From positions 113,448-177,447 of the forward strand of contig CAVTFE010000046.1 in assembly GCA_963733745.1 (NCBI GenBank): a stretch of DNA of 64,000 bases, in the 5' to 3' direction. The DNA comes from an uncultured bacterium (GTDB lineage: Bacteria > Chloroflexota > Ktedonobacteria > Ktedonobacterales > JADMIN01). Within the stretch, counting starts at the first letter, position 1. Every line of letters begins with the position of its first letter. The notes beneath the pieces were generated by a model. That model did no database searches and was not told where the DNA came from. It saw nothing but the letters and a program-made list of their open reading frames with translations. The position numbers and the translations under genes are program-made. This document shows positions 31,552-44,759 of the stretch, one piece after another.

Positions 31552-33258
31552 ATGGGTGAATCGAATTCTCGCCGTAAGAACGGCGCCAATAGGACAGAAA
31601 CCGCCTCAGCGACCCCAGCGCCCTCGCACTGTAGTGGCAACCTAGGCGCGACTGATTCAGCGGCGTATCTGGCGGCTATCGTTGAGTCTGCGGATGACGC
31701 CATCGTGAGTAAGACATTGGATGGGATCGTCACCAGTTGGAACGCCAGCGCCCAGCGCATGTTTGGCTTCACTGCACAAGAGATGATCGGACAACCCATC
31801 CTGCGCTTGATTCCACCTAACCGCCGCAACGAGGAGGAGCTGATCCTCTCCCGCCTCCGGGCGGGAGAGCGAATTGAGCACTTCGAGACCGTGCGCGTGA
31901 GGAAGAATGGACAGCCCCTGGAGGTCTCGCTGACGATCTCGCCTGTCCGCGACGCCACGGGAGCGATCATCGGAGCCTCGAAGATCGCACGCGACATCAC
32001 TGAGCGACGCAACCTTGAGACTGCAGTGCGCATGAGCGAGCAGCAACTCCGCTTGGCGCTAGACGCCGCCGCGATGGGTACGTTCATCTGGCATGTCGCG
32101 GATGATCGTGGCGAGCCGGATGCGCAGATGCTAGCGTTGTTCGGACAGCCCTCCAACGGCACGCTAACACTCGCTCAGGCGCTGGCGACGATGATCCATC
32201 CAGAGGACAAGAACCGCTACGCCGAAGCAGTCGCACGCGCGACTGATCCCGGAGGAGATGGAGAACTGCGGGAGGACATCCGCATCATCTTGCCCGACGG
32301 CTCGCAGCGGTGGGTCGCGATTGTGGGGCAGGTCTACTTCGAGGGTAAGCCGCGACGCCCGACCTATATGGCTGGGGCAGCGACGAACATTACTGACCGG
32401 AAGGATGCCGAGGAGGCGTTACAAAACGCGCACGACAAACTTGATCAGCGGGTGCGTGAGCGGACGCGCGACCTCGCCAGCGCCAACCGTTCCCTGCGAC
32501 GCCTCTCGCGCCAGGTACTGGAGGTGCAGGAGACGGAACGGCGGCGCATTGCGCGCGAGTTGCACGACGAGATTGGCCAGGCGCTCACCGGTGTCAAGAT
32601 GATGCTCGAGACGGCCAGTTTAACACGCGCAGCAGCAACCGATGGTAGCTCTGACAGCGTCTCGCCTCTACTAGAAGAGCTCGCTCTGATTGAGGACACG
32701 TTGAACCGCGTGCGCGACCTTTCGCTTGATCTGCGCCCGGCCATGCTGGATAGCCTTGGCCTGCTGCCTACTCTGTTGTGGCGCTTCGAGACCTATTCGC
32801 GCCAGACAGGCATTCAGGTCGAGTTTCATCACACCGGGCTTGAGGAGCGCTTCGCTGCAGAGGTCGAGACAGGAGCCTATCGCATCGTGCAGGAGGCGTT
32901 GACCAACGTCGTGCGGCACGCTGCCGTGCCCCTCGTACGGGTCCACCTAGCGGCGACCGATGAGGCGCTGCGCATCTACGTCATCGACGAAGGGGTGGGC
33001 TTCGAGTCCGATGAGGCCATTGCAGCAGGTCTCTCAACGGGTCTAGCCGGTATGCGTGAGCGTGCGACGCTTCTGGGTGGCGTCTTCCTTCTATCCTCTG
33101 CTCCCGGCGCAGGAACTACCATCGAGGTTGAGTTGCCGTCTCCGCGTCGTGAGGGCGCTGAACGTGGAAGGGATGATGAGCGAGATCTGGAGCGAGATGC
33201 GGCCAGGGATGCGGCGCATGACGCCGGACATCCTCAAACAGTAAGTGGCAAGGAATAG
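31552..33258 (+). CDS. Cytoplasmic PAS-PAS sensor histidine kinase (HisKA_3/NarX type)
   Basis: AIVESADDAIVSKTLDGIVTSWN PAS; ERRRIARELHDEIGQ; QEALTNVVRHA; DEGVGF; GLAGMRER. Confidence 0.92.
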   Translation: MGESNSRRKNGANRTETASATPAPSHCSGNLGATDSAAYLAAIVESADDAIVSKTLDGIVTSWNASAQRMFGFTAQEMIGQPILRLIPPNRRNEEELILSRLRAGERIEHFETVRVRKNGQPLEVSLTISPVRDATGAIIGASKIARDITERRNLETAVRMSEQQLRLALDAAAMGTFIWHVADDRGEPDAQMLALFGQPSNGTLTLAQALATMIHPEDKNRYAEAVARATDPGGDGELREDIRIILPDGSQRWVAIVGQVYFEGKPRRPTYMAGAATNITDRKDAEEALQNAHDKLDQRVRERTRDLASANRSLRRLSRQVLEVQETERRRIARELHDEIGQALTGVKMMLETASLTRAAATDGSSDSVSPLLEELALIEDTLNRVRDLSLDLRPAMLDSLGLLPTLLWRFETYSRQTGIQVEFHHTGLEERFAAEVETGAYRIVQEALTNVVRHAAVPLVRVHLAATDEALRIYVIDEGVGFESDEAIAAGLSTGLAGMRERATLLGGVFLLSSAPGAGTTIEVELPSPRREGAERGRDDERDLERDAARDAAHDAGHPQTVSGKE

Positions 33259-33263
33259 ATGTC

Positions 33264-33920
33264 ATGACGACAATCGTGTTGGCCGACGACCACCCAATCG
33301 TGCGGGAGGGACTCCGTCGCTTGCTGAACACCCAACCGCAGTTTACTGTCATCGGTGAAGCGGAGAAAGGGCGCAGCGCCCTCGATCTCATCGAGCAACT
33401 CCAGCCGGACATCGCCTTCGTCGACCTGATGATGCCTGATCTCAACGGGCTGGAGGTCATCAAGCGAGGACTGCGAGCATCGCCCAACACACGGGTGCTG
33501 GTTCTCTCGATGTATTCCGATGAGCCGCATGTCCTCGAAGCCTTACGCGCGGGCGCCATGGCCTACATCCTTAAGGGCGCCACTGCTGAGACAGTGCTGT
33601 TTGGGTTACACGAGGTCCTAGCCGGGCGTCGCTATCTAAGCCCACCGCTTTCTGATCGCGCGGTCGAGGTGTACTCCTCCCTGGCTGGCGCCACTGGAGG
33701 TCCGATGGATGCCTACGACCTCTTGACGGCGCGTGAGCGCGAAGTGCTGCAACTCCTCGCGCATGGCGCGAGCTACGCCGAGATCGCCGAAAAGTTGACG
33801 ATCAGCCCGCGCACCGCCGAGACACATCGTACGAACATCATACGCAAGCTCGATCTCAACACGACCGCCGAGGTCACGCTTTACGCCGTCCAGCGCGGCC
33901 TGATCGACCCCAACTTGTAA
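33264..33920 (+). CDS. NarL/LuxR family response regulator
   Basis: LADDHPIVR, VDLMMP, LTAREREVLQL...IAEKLTISPRTAETHR HTH. Confidence 0.95.
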   Translation: MTTIVLADDHPIVREGLRRLLNTQPQFTVIGEAEKGRSALDLIEQLQPDIAFVDLMMPDLNGLEVIKRGLRASPNTRVLVLSMYSDEPHVLEALRAGAMAYILKGATAETVLFGLHEVLAGRRYLSPPLSDRAVEVYSSLAGATGGPMDAYDLLTAREREVLQLLAHGASYAEIAEKLTISPRTAETHRTNIIRKLDLNTTAEVTLYAVQRGLIDPNL

Positions 33921-33958
33921 GGGACATGGCCTACCGGCATGACCAGTCGTTGAGGCAG

Positions 33959-33998
33959 CTACGGGCACGCCACTGCCGCACTACGGGATGCCCGTATT
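33959..33998 (+). promoter_or_regulatory. 40-bp operator-like element, copy 1
   Basis: CTACGGGCA-N14-TACGG-GATGC-CCGTATT; same layout as 34461-34500 and 39382-39421. Confidence 0.6.
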
Positions 33999-34109
33999 AC
34001 TTTCAGCGACGACGTCATCTATCCTGTGATCGGGCTGCGCCGACTTCATGGGGGTACATGAATACTCCCAGCGTCAGTCTATCGCACTCTGGACGCAGAG
34101 ACGCTGCAC

Positions 34110-34331
34110 ATGGACAAATCGCTTGCGGAGCAAATACACCAGATCATCGACTCACTCCTCCTCGCGGAGCCCCAGTCGAAAGGGATGCTCAGCACCGCGA
34201 AGGAGAAACAGCTCTCGTTCGGGCTGACATACAACTACATCGATGACGACATTGCCCAGATCACCGGCCGGTTGCGGTATGTGGAGAATGTCGCCAATCG
34301 CCAAGACACAGCGCCTGACCTTAATAGGTGA
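34110..34331 (+). CDS. Small hypothetical protein
   Basis: 73-aa ORF with protein-like composition, downstream of operator copy 1. Confidence 0.45.
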   Translation: MDKSLAEQIHQIIDSLLLAEPQSKGMLSTAKEKQLSFGLTYNYIDDDIAQITGRLRYVENVANRQDTAPDLNR

Positions 34332-34460
34332 TCGTAACCGCTGGGCTGCGATAGGGACCATCGCTGCGGCGCGAGTCACCAGTCCTTCGGATCTTACTGC
34401 AAGGCTCACACCTTGGTATGACAAGCTCGTGTTGGCCAGGAGACGAAAGATTACCGCTGG

Positions 34461-34500
34461 CTACGGGCAGCGAGAGGCCGAAGTACGGGATCTCCGTATT
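34461..34500 (+). promoter_or_regulatory. 40-bp operator-like element, copy 2
   Basis: CTACGGGCA-N14-TACGG-GATCT-CCGTATT. Confidence 0.6.
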
Positions 34501-34728
34501 CTCCTCCGACAGACAAGCAGGTATCCTAGTCATCGGTCGAACGATGGAGGAAAGAGCCGAGATCTGCCTCGCTCAACCTGCATAGCGATCATGCCACAGG
34601 CCCGCAAGGATAGCGCACATGTTGGCAGGGAGGCCAACGTTTTGTGGCGTAATGACAGGTATGGCGCTCGAGTCCTGCTCGATTCGGCGCTCCCCGCGCC
34701 GGCGCCTCAGCAGTCCAAGGAGGGACAA

Positions 34729-35160
34729 ATGTTATCGCAGCGCAACACGCACTACTGGCTCTGGTTTCTGCTGTTCGGCGTCGTTTCGGCGCTCGTGACC
34801 GTCTCGAAGGGAGAAGGGGTCAGCACCGAGACGATGTGGCTGCTTATCGCCGGTCTCGTAGGTCTGGTGCTGGGAATGCTTCTTCCCTCGCTCTCTCGCC
34901 CGTATGATCTGGTGATCGGGTTGCTGTTTGCTGGCGTCGGGTTGCTGGGGATCCTGCATAACTTCGGGATGAACCTCGTCGCCACAAGCGGCATCGCTCC
35001 CAATGCGATTGATGAGACGGCAATTCTGGGCTTGAGCCTGAGTCTGCCGTATGCGTTGATCCATACAGTGCTGGGCCTGACCTCGCTCAGTCATGGCTTG
35101 CGCGCGCGGGTCGCGACCAGCCGGGTCGCGGTCGCCACGCCAACCGCCGTCGCAGAGTAG
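34729..35160 (+). CDS. Four-TM membrane protein (DUF4383-like)
   Basis: AAGGAGG RBS; hydrophobic helices; LIHTVLG near the C-terminus. Confidence 0.6.
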   Translation: MLSQRNTHYWLWFLLFGVVSALVTVSKGEGVSTETMWLLIAGLVGLVLGMLLPSLSRPYDLVIGLLFAGVGLLGILHNFGMNLVATSGIAPNAIDETAILGLSLSLPYALIHTVLGLTSLSHGLRARVATSRVAVATPTAVAE

Positions 35161-35258
35161 GACGGGGCGCACAGCGTGCTCGACTGGCAGGGGGATGAAT
35201 GACGCTCTCCTGCCCACTGCGAGCCTATGGAGGCGCTCGCAGGAAAAGGACTCTCACG

Positions 35259-35531
35259 ATGTTGATCAATCTGCTGGTCTGGATCATCGTTGGCGGCATC
35301 GCTGGCTGGCTTGCCAGTCTGGTGGTGCAGGGCACGGGCATGGGCATCGTCGGCGACATCATCGTCGGCATCGTCGGCGCGCTGATCGGCGGCTTCGTCC
35401 TCTCGCTGCTGCTGCCGGGCACATTTGGCATCACCGGCTTCAACCTGGGGAGCCTGGTCGTCGCCTTCATCGGCGCGGTCCTCCTGCTCTTCATCGTCAA
35501 GCTCTTCACTGGACGGCGAGCCGTCTCCTAA
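35259..35531 (+). CDS. GlsB/YeaQ/YmgE (transglycosylase-associated) stress membrane protein
   Basis: WIIVGGIAGWLAS...GDIIVGIVGALIGG...VAFIGAVLLL. Confidence 0.9.
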   Translation: MLINLLVWIIVGGIAGWLASLVVQGTGMGIVGDIIVGIVGALIGGFVLSLLLPGTFGITGFNLGSLVVAFIGAVLLLFIVKLFTGRRAVS

Positions 35532-35640
35532 GGACAGCGCAAGAGCAGCCGCAGAGATACCCTCGAGGGGAGTTGTGACAACGGGGTCCCAGCTTCCCTT
35601 GTAGTGTTCGAAAGAAACCATCAGAGGACAGAGAAAGGAG

Positions 35641-35937
35641 ATGCTGACGATGCACCGGATCTTCGGGTTCATTGGCCACCTGGTGGGGGCGATGCTGAAA
35701 GGCTTCTTCTTCACTGGCATGGCTGCCGCACTCGTATGCGCTGTGGCGCTCTTCCTTACTGAGTGAAATCACCGTGTGACTTTGGATACGTCACTGGCCT
35801 TTGGCCTCGTCATTGCGTTCCTGGCTGGCGTGCTTGGCGCGGCGGTGGCGCTGATCTACCACCTGAGTCATCTCGATAGCCTTCACCATGCGGCGCAACA
35901 TTACAGCGATAGGCGAGCCGGTCAGCCTCGGGCATGA
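35641..35937 (+). pseudogene. Small two-TM membrane protein with internal TGA (35764-35766)
   Basis: AAAGGAG RBS; hydrophobic reading frame continues in frame after the TGA. Confidence 0.5.
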
Positions 35938-36026
35938 GCGGCTTCACTGAAGTGTCGCTCGCCAATGTCCGTTGCGGACTGATCGAATGCGCAGTCCACT
36001 GCGCGAAACACGAAGGGAGGCAGAAG

Positions 36027-36999
36027 ATGGACCAACAAGAACATGTAGACGTTGCAGATGCTGCGACAGGCGCCGAAAGCACCAATTACTCTCCAGGCGC
36101 GACAGTCTACGACGCCGACGGCGAGAAGCTCGGCACGGTAAGCGACCGGCAAGATAAGGAGGACTTCCTTGTCGTCCACAAAGGGCTGCTATTTAGCCAC
36201 GACGCCTACATCCCGCGCGCCGCTATCAATCATAGCGACGTCAATGGCATTCACCTGCTCGTGCGCAAGGATGACCTCAAGGGCATGAACCAGACGACGC
36301 TGCCAGAGCCGACTGCGCCCACCCCCATGGCACCGCCCATTCCAGTGCCAGATATGGGCGCAGCGGCGGTCGCGGCCACCGCCTTCTCGGATGCCGCCAT
36401 GCGTGAGCCTGCGCCAGCCAGTGGATCGTCCGCGCAGTCCGCCGTCGGAGCCGCGCCAGCCAACGACACGATCCGCGAGCAGGTCGGCCCGCTCTTCGAC
36501 ACCTTGCATGAGCGCGTTGAGCCGATTGTCGAGCAGGTGAAGGATCAGGCGTCGGCGGTGGCGCAGCAGCAGATGAGCTCCGCCGCCGAGGGACTCGATA
36601 GCGCGGCGGGCGCGGTCAATGCGGTCGGCGACCGGCATGCGCGAGAATAACCTTGGCGCACTATCGCAGTACACAGACCTGGCCGCAGAGCAAATTGAGA
36701 AGGCGGCGGCATGGCTGCGAACGACGACTCCGGAAGAGATTGCGCGGAACGTCGAGGATTTTGCCAAGAAGCAACCGGAACTCTTCGCTGCCGGAGCAGC
36801 TGTGCTCGGGCTGATCGGGCTGCGCCTCCTGCGCAACACAGGGCAGAACGGCGATGAGAAGAGGGAACAGCGAGATAGTGGGCCGGATCGCTGTTTTCGG
36901 CGCGGATACCGTCCCCAGGGGCGATCCGGCGCTGAGCGTGGGACGGGCAACGCAGGCCATAAGCGAGGCTTGTATGGGCGCTGTTCCGCAATGAAGTGA
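36027..36999 (+). CDS. PRC-barrel-like (DUF2171-type) stress protein with Ala-rich helical tail (frameshifted)
   Basis: GATVYDADGEKLGTV, FLVVHKGLLF..DAYIP; C-terminal VEDFAKKQPELFAAGAAVLG. Confidence 0.6.
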
Positions 37000-37036
37000 T
37001 ATGGACTAGGCGTGTGAACACGATGACGAGGGGACG

Positions 37037-38071
37037 ATGAAGCGCATCTACACACTCCGGCGGCTCTTCGTCGACGGCGTTCATAGTCGAGCGGATCTCG
37101 ATCAGGCCATCCGAGAGGGCAACGCACTCACGCGCGCGGTCGCCACCATCGCCGCGTTCTGGGTCAAGATCAACAACGACTGGATCTTCAACCTCTCTGG
37201 CCTGTTGGCGTATAGCTTCCTCTTTGCGATCTTCCCACTGCTCATCCTCATTCTCGCCATTACCGGCTATATCCTCAGAAACATCGCGCCTGGAACCGAG
37301 ACGCTTGTTACCGATAACATCGTGCGGGCGCTCCCGGCGGGGATCGGCTCCGTGATCGTCGAGGTCGTGAGCGAGCGGCTCAAGACGAGCGCTGGCTGGC
37401 TGCTGGTGGTGGGTATCGTCACCGCGATCTTCGCCGGCTCGCGTCTCTTCATCACGCTGGAGAACTGCTTTGGGATCGTATTTCGGTTGCGCAGCCGCGA
37501 CCCGATCCGCCAGAACCGCATGGCCTTCCTGCTGCTGCTGCTCTATCTCGTCCTGCTGCCACTCTTCCTGATGACGTTTCTCCTGCCAGCGGGTATCGAG
37601 CGCCTCTTCGATCCATCCGGGCGGGATCTGGTGGGGACGGCGGTCGTGACAATCGTCGGCTTCGCGCTGGCCTTCGTCGCGGCGACGCTCCTTTTCGCGC
37701 TGACCTATGCTTTCGTCCCCTATCGCAAGCGCTTCTGGAGGCAGCTACGTCCCAACTGGCGTGGCGCTGTGGTCGCGGCGCTGCTGTTGCTGCTCTATGA
37801 GGCGCTCTTTCCGTTCTACGCCAATCTCGTGTTCAATCCCGATAACTATGGAACCGTCGCGGTCTTTGCGGTCGTGATTCTGGCCTTCTTCTACTATCTC
37901 GCCTTCATCCTGCTGCTGGGCGCGGAGATCAACTCGTGGGTGGCGGGGCAGCGCGAGACAGCCGCCGACCTGCCGGGCATTCTGCATGCGGTGCAAGCGC
38001 ACGACTCCACGCGCGGCGCCGCTGGGCCGACGGCGGGCGAGCCACAGGAAGAGATGCAGCGCCATGGCTAG
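37037..38071 (+). CDS. YihY/virulence factor BrkB family membrane protein
   Basis: LAYSFLFAIFPLL, YG.VA, FYYLAFILLLGAEIN. Confidence 0.88.
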   Translation: MKRIYTLRRLFVDGVHSRADLDQAIREGNALTRAVATIAAFWVKINNDWIFNLSGLLAYSFLFAIFPLLILILAITGYILRNIAPGTETLVTDNIVRALPAGIGSVIVEVVSERLKTSAGWLLVVGIVTAIFAGSRLFITLENCFGIVFRLRSRDPIRQNRMAFLLLLLYLVLLPLFLMTFLLPAGIERLFDPSGRDLVGTAVVTIVGFALAFVAATLLFALTYAFVPYRKRFWRQLRPNWRGAVVAALLLLLYEALFPFYANLVFNPDNYGTVAVFAVVILAFFYYLAFILLLGAEINSWVAGQRETAADLPGILHAVQAHDSTRGAAGPTAGEPQEEMQRHG

Positions 38072-38209
38072 AGCCAATGCGCCACAGGTGGACAAAGATT
38101 TGCTGTGCGTCGCGTGGCGCTCGTCCACTCGCCCATGAGATTCTTGGGGCGCGCTGAGGCCTGCGCAGACATGCACGGGTGCTGACTACAATCGCCGCTT
38201 CGCCTACGC

Positions 38210-38593
38210 TTAATGCTTCTCGTCTTCCGAAGACGCTGGCAGATGCAGGTCATAGCCAGTGGGATGCTTTGGCTGATAGAGGAACAGCTCAGCGCCGCTT
38301 GGAAGATGGATGGAGGCCAGAATCCCCCAGCCCTCGTCGCTTGGCGGGCGGGAGATACTGACGCCCTTGGCAGCTAGTTCGCTCAACGTTTCCTCGATGT
38401 CGTCGCACATGAGGTAGAACTCGTGCTTGGAGGGTCCTTCTGTTGGATGCACGGCGACCTCGGCAGGCGGCAGTTTGAAGATCAGCCATCCTGCGCCTGC
38501 GTCGACCCAAGGAAATGCCAACACATCTCGAATAAATGCGCGGTCAGCGTCGGCGTTGGCGGAGTAGAGAATGACATGCGCGCCGCTGATCAT
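38210..38593 (-). CDS. VOC/extradiol-dioxygenase-like small protein
   Basis: GAHVILYS..ADADRAF, GWLIFKLPPAEVAVHP, DEGWG, LYQPKHP. Confidence 0.8.
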   Translation of the reverse strand: MISGAHVILYSANADADRAFIRDVLAFPWVDAGAGWLIFKLPPAEVAVHPTEGPSKHEFYLMCDDIEETLSELAAKGVSISRPPSDEGWGILASIHLPSGAELFLYQPKHPTGYDLHLPASSEDEKH

Positions 38594-38865
38594 CACAATG
38601 TCCTCTCACTGGCGTTTGTGTCCGATTCTCCTCTTGTGTTGCGCACAGCAGCACACTATGCCCTGGTGTGCGAGGAGATCGCTGCTGAGGATCAGGTCAA
38701 CCGAACAAATGTGCAGTACGTTGGTCTCAAGAACATGCGCTCTCCCCCTTCAGCTGAAGAGGGAGCTTTGCGTGGCTCAAAGCAGTATGGGAGTGTGCGT
38801 CAACGGGCTGAGCAGCACGAGTTGATGACACCTGCCGACCGCCCCCACCAGCGCATAATGTCCAC

Positions 38866-39078
38866 TTAGGACCAGTGTACGTTGGGGCTGAATTGGTCAG
38901 GACGCCTGCCGATGGCAGCACTCGCAGCAGTCTTGCGCGGACGAACCCTGTCCTCCTGCGCATGTGCCTGCGCGTCGTCCCACACCCGCATCAATCGCGC
39001 GATAGCCTGTTCAATCTCCTCGTGCTCCAGTGCCTGCGTCCCCGGTGTCCCGTAGTCCTGCCATAGCTCGCCTTGCAT
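38866..39078 (-). CDS. Small hypothetical protein (MQGELWQDYG...)
   Basis: ATG with GGAG upstream; lies downstream of operator copy 3 in the same orientation. Confidence 0.4.
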   Translation of the reverse strand: MQGELWQDYGTPGTQALEHEEIEQAIARLMRVWDDAQAHAQEDRVRPRKTAASAAIGRRPDQFSPNVHWS

Positions 39079-39381
39079 GGTCGTGCTCCGTTCGCTTCGC
39101 GCCCGCCTGATACTGAGAGTGGTGTAACCCTGTAACCCCGTTTTACCCCAAGACGGTTGCAGGGGGAGGGACAGGGCGGGACGCCACTCTTGACGCAGAT
39201 CTGAGGTGGCTGAAAAGCACACTGAACAGGGCATCACGAGCGATCGGTATCCTTACCGACATGTCGCGTCCCTGCGGAAGGCTCGTGACCCGGATGCTTC
39301 CCGTGAGCGATGAGCAGCTGCGCCACACACCTCTCACCCCGATCCACTGATGACAGGCTAACCCACCACGTGTGCGTGGAG

Positions 39382-39421
39382 AATACGGGATCTCCGTATT
39401 CGCGCCTCGTGCTGCCCGTAG
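39382..39421 (-). promoter_or_regulatory. 40-bp operator-like element, copy 3
   Basis: Minus strand CTACGGGCA-N14-TACGG-AGATC-CCGTATT. Confidence 0.6.
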
Positions 39422-39499
39422 ATCAGTGTACGGGTCATACTGCGGTGAGCGCCTCGCGTACCTCGCGCCGCCGCCGGGAGGCGATATATAACCTGCTTG

Positions 39500-39658
39500 C
39501 TACAACTTCCGTGTAACGAACGCCGCCACGAGGCCGACGAGCAGACACGCGACGCCGAGCCAGACAATCCAGCCGCCGCGTGTAGCCGCTAGGATGAAGA
39601 TACCAAAGCCAAGGACGCCGCAGAGGATGCACACGCCACGAAAGAACAGGCGGCTCAA
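39500..39658 (-). CDS. 52-aa two-TM small protein (not in ORF track)
   Basis: TTG start; (M)SRLFFRGVCILCGVLGFGIFILAATRGGWIVWLGVACLLVGLVAAFVTRKL. Confidence 0.45.
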   Translation of the reverse strand: MSRLFFRGVCILCGVLGFGIFILAATRGGWIVWLGVACLLVGLVAAFVTRKL

Positions 39659-39785
39659 TCGCGTGGTGAATCACCTCATTTCCTCTCGCTACCGAGTTCA
39701 CGCTCCAGTCGCCCTTGCGCCTGCCGTTCGGCATATATGACATACTTGCTACACTGGTGGACAACAGCCGCTCTGGAGGCAAAGC

Positions 39786-39932
39786 ATGTATGACCGTCCA
39801 AGCGCCCTTGGGCGTTTACTGGGCCGTCCACCAAAGGCGCTTAATTGGACCCTGGTTGCCTGGGTGGTCGGCGTGGCATGGCTGCTGTTGGCAGTTGCCC
39901 TGTGCGTCGCGCCCAACATCCTGCTCCATTAG
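39786..39932 (+). CDS. 48-aa single-TM small protein (not in ORF track)
   Basis: GGAGG RBS 6 nt before the ATG; extended -10 TGcTACACT upstream; MYDRPSALGRLLGRPPKALNWTLVAWVVGVAWLLLAVALCVAPNILLH. Confidence 0.55.
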   Translation: MYDRPSALGRLLGRPPKALNWTLVAWVVGVAWLLLAVALCVAPNILLH

Positions 39933-40478
39933 AGGATTGCCCGCGCGGCGGCAGGCATGTCGCGCCCAGGCACCCACTCGCGCCGCCGAGGGCAGACTAT
40001 ACAAAGCTTGTTTGCTATTGAGCACATGGCCGGTCCGTCGTCAGGCGAGCGACCGCAGGTGGCCGGTTTTCTTAGAATCCTAGGGCCGCGCGGAGCTTTC
40101 CCGCCGTCCTTTGTCCCACCCGTGGAATGGTGAGCACCCCGTCACGATGATGCACGAGCACATCCGTTCGCGCCGGGACGAACCAATACACCGTGGTAAC
40201 AACGCGAACGTTCCTAATATCAGCCCGCATGATACATATGCGTGGCGCTCCTCGACGTCTCGGCTTGTAGATTAGCATCGTGTCAGTGAGCGAGATGCGC
40301 CCGCGTAGTGTCCTGAATATCCGTGATGACATTGGGCACCCCGTTCTAGCAGGGTACCTGCGGCGCAGCCATATTCGGCGCGCTTGCCTGGCGCAAGATG
40401 GCAGTTTGCTCACCGCGCCAGTTCCGGTCAACGTGTTCTATTCCAACGGTACTTAGTCGTATAAAGCCGCTTAAATTC

Positions 40479-40524
40479 TGGAGCCGGTGGTCGGGGTCGA
40501 ACCGACAACCTACGGTTTACAAAA
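40479..40524 (-). tRNA. 3' half of tRNA-Thr(UGU) only (fragment; probable att site)
   Basis: Minus strand TTTTGTAA-ACCGT-AGGTT-GTCGG-TTCGACC-CCGAC-CACCGGC-T-CCA; no D-arm or 5' acceptor strand upstream. Confidence 0.8.
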
Positions 40525-40897
40525 ACTGACCCCGGCGTCTCGTCAGGTATATAACGGGCTCTGATGGCCCTAAAATTCGGCGCTCCGAGCATCGATCGAT
40601 TCTTGGGCGTATCCAGGAGTCTCTGCTCGTTGCTTCATGGGTTTCTACACGACACCACTGTGCAGGGACACCTTGCGCAGCAGTCGAATTGCCGTGTTCA
40701 TGCGGCGCTTCCACTTGCCTTCTGTGCAACCCACAAGAAGCAACGAGGCGTGCTCTAGGTCCCGCAAGCCCCAAACGGCGCTCGTTGCGGAAGCTGTCCG
40801 CGTCCCCTCTTCCTGACCGTCGGTCAACTGGCCTTTCCAACGAGATCTTCAGGTAGCGAAGGTCCTGAGACCCCCCTGTGATGAGGGGCGGACTGCT

Positions 40898-40929
40898 GTG
40901 AGGAAGTCGTGACATGGCGAACTCATACT
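40898..40929 (+). promoter_or_regulatory. Tandem-repeat promoter upstream of PFOR
   Basis: GTGAG-N6-GTGAC-N10-CATACT. Confidence 0.55.
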
Positions 40930-41000
40930 GGTAACGGCGCGAACGCCCCGTCGCCGTCACGGCGCACGGTGTTGAAGCGCAACACAGTGAGGAGAGAGCC

Positions 41001-44684
<3,684 letters not shown>

Positions 44685-44759
44685 AGGACGAAGCATCACG
44701 GTGGACGCCTGGTGTGGCGCTCCTGATCGCTTTCTAGCAAAGACCAAGGGAGAACGACG

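Noticed and set aside
35641..35937. Second in-frame TGA (35764-35766) as possible selenocysteine
   Set aside because: It lies in a loop between two hydrophobic helices with no redox or Cys-motif context, and the downstream GTGAC/GTCAC hairpin lacks a G-initiated short loop; a nonsense mutation or error is more likely
38702..38714. Possible LexA box GAAC-AAAT-GTGC
   Set aside because: Imperfect, no clear overlapping promoter, and the neighbouring genes are not repair-related
40479..40560. Complete or intron-split tRNA-Thr gene
   Set aside because: I found no matching 5' half (GCCGGTG start, D-arm, ACGGT stem) nearby and no recognisable intron structure
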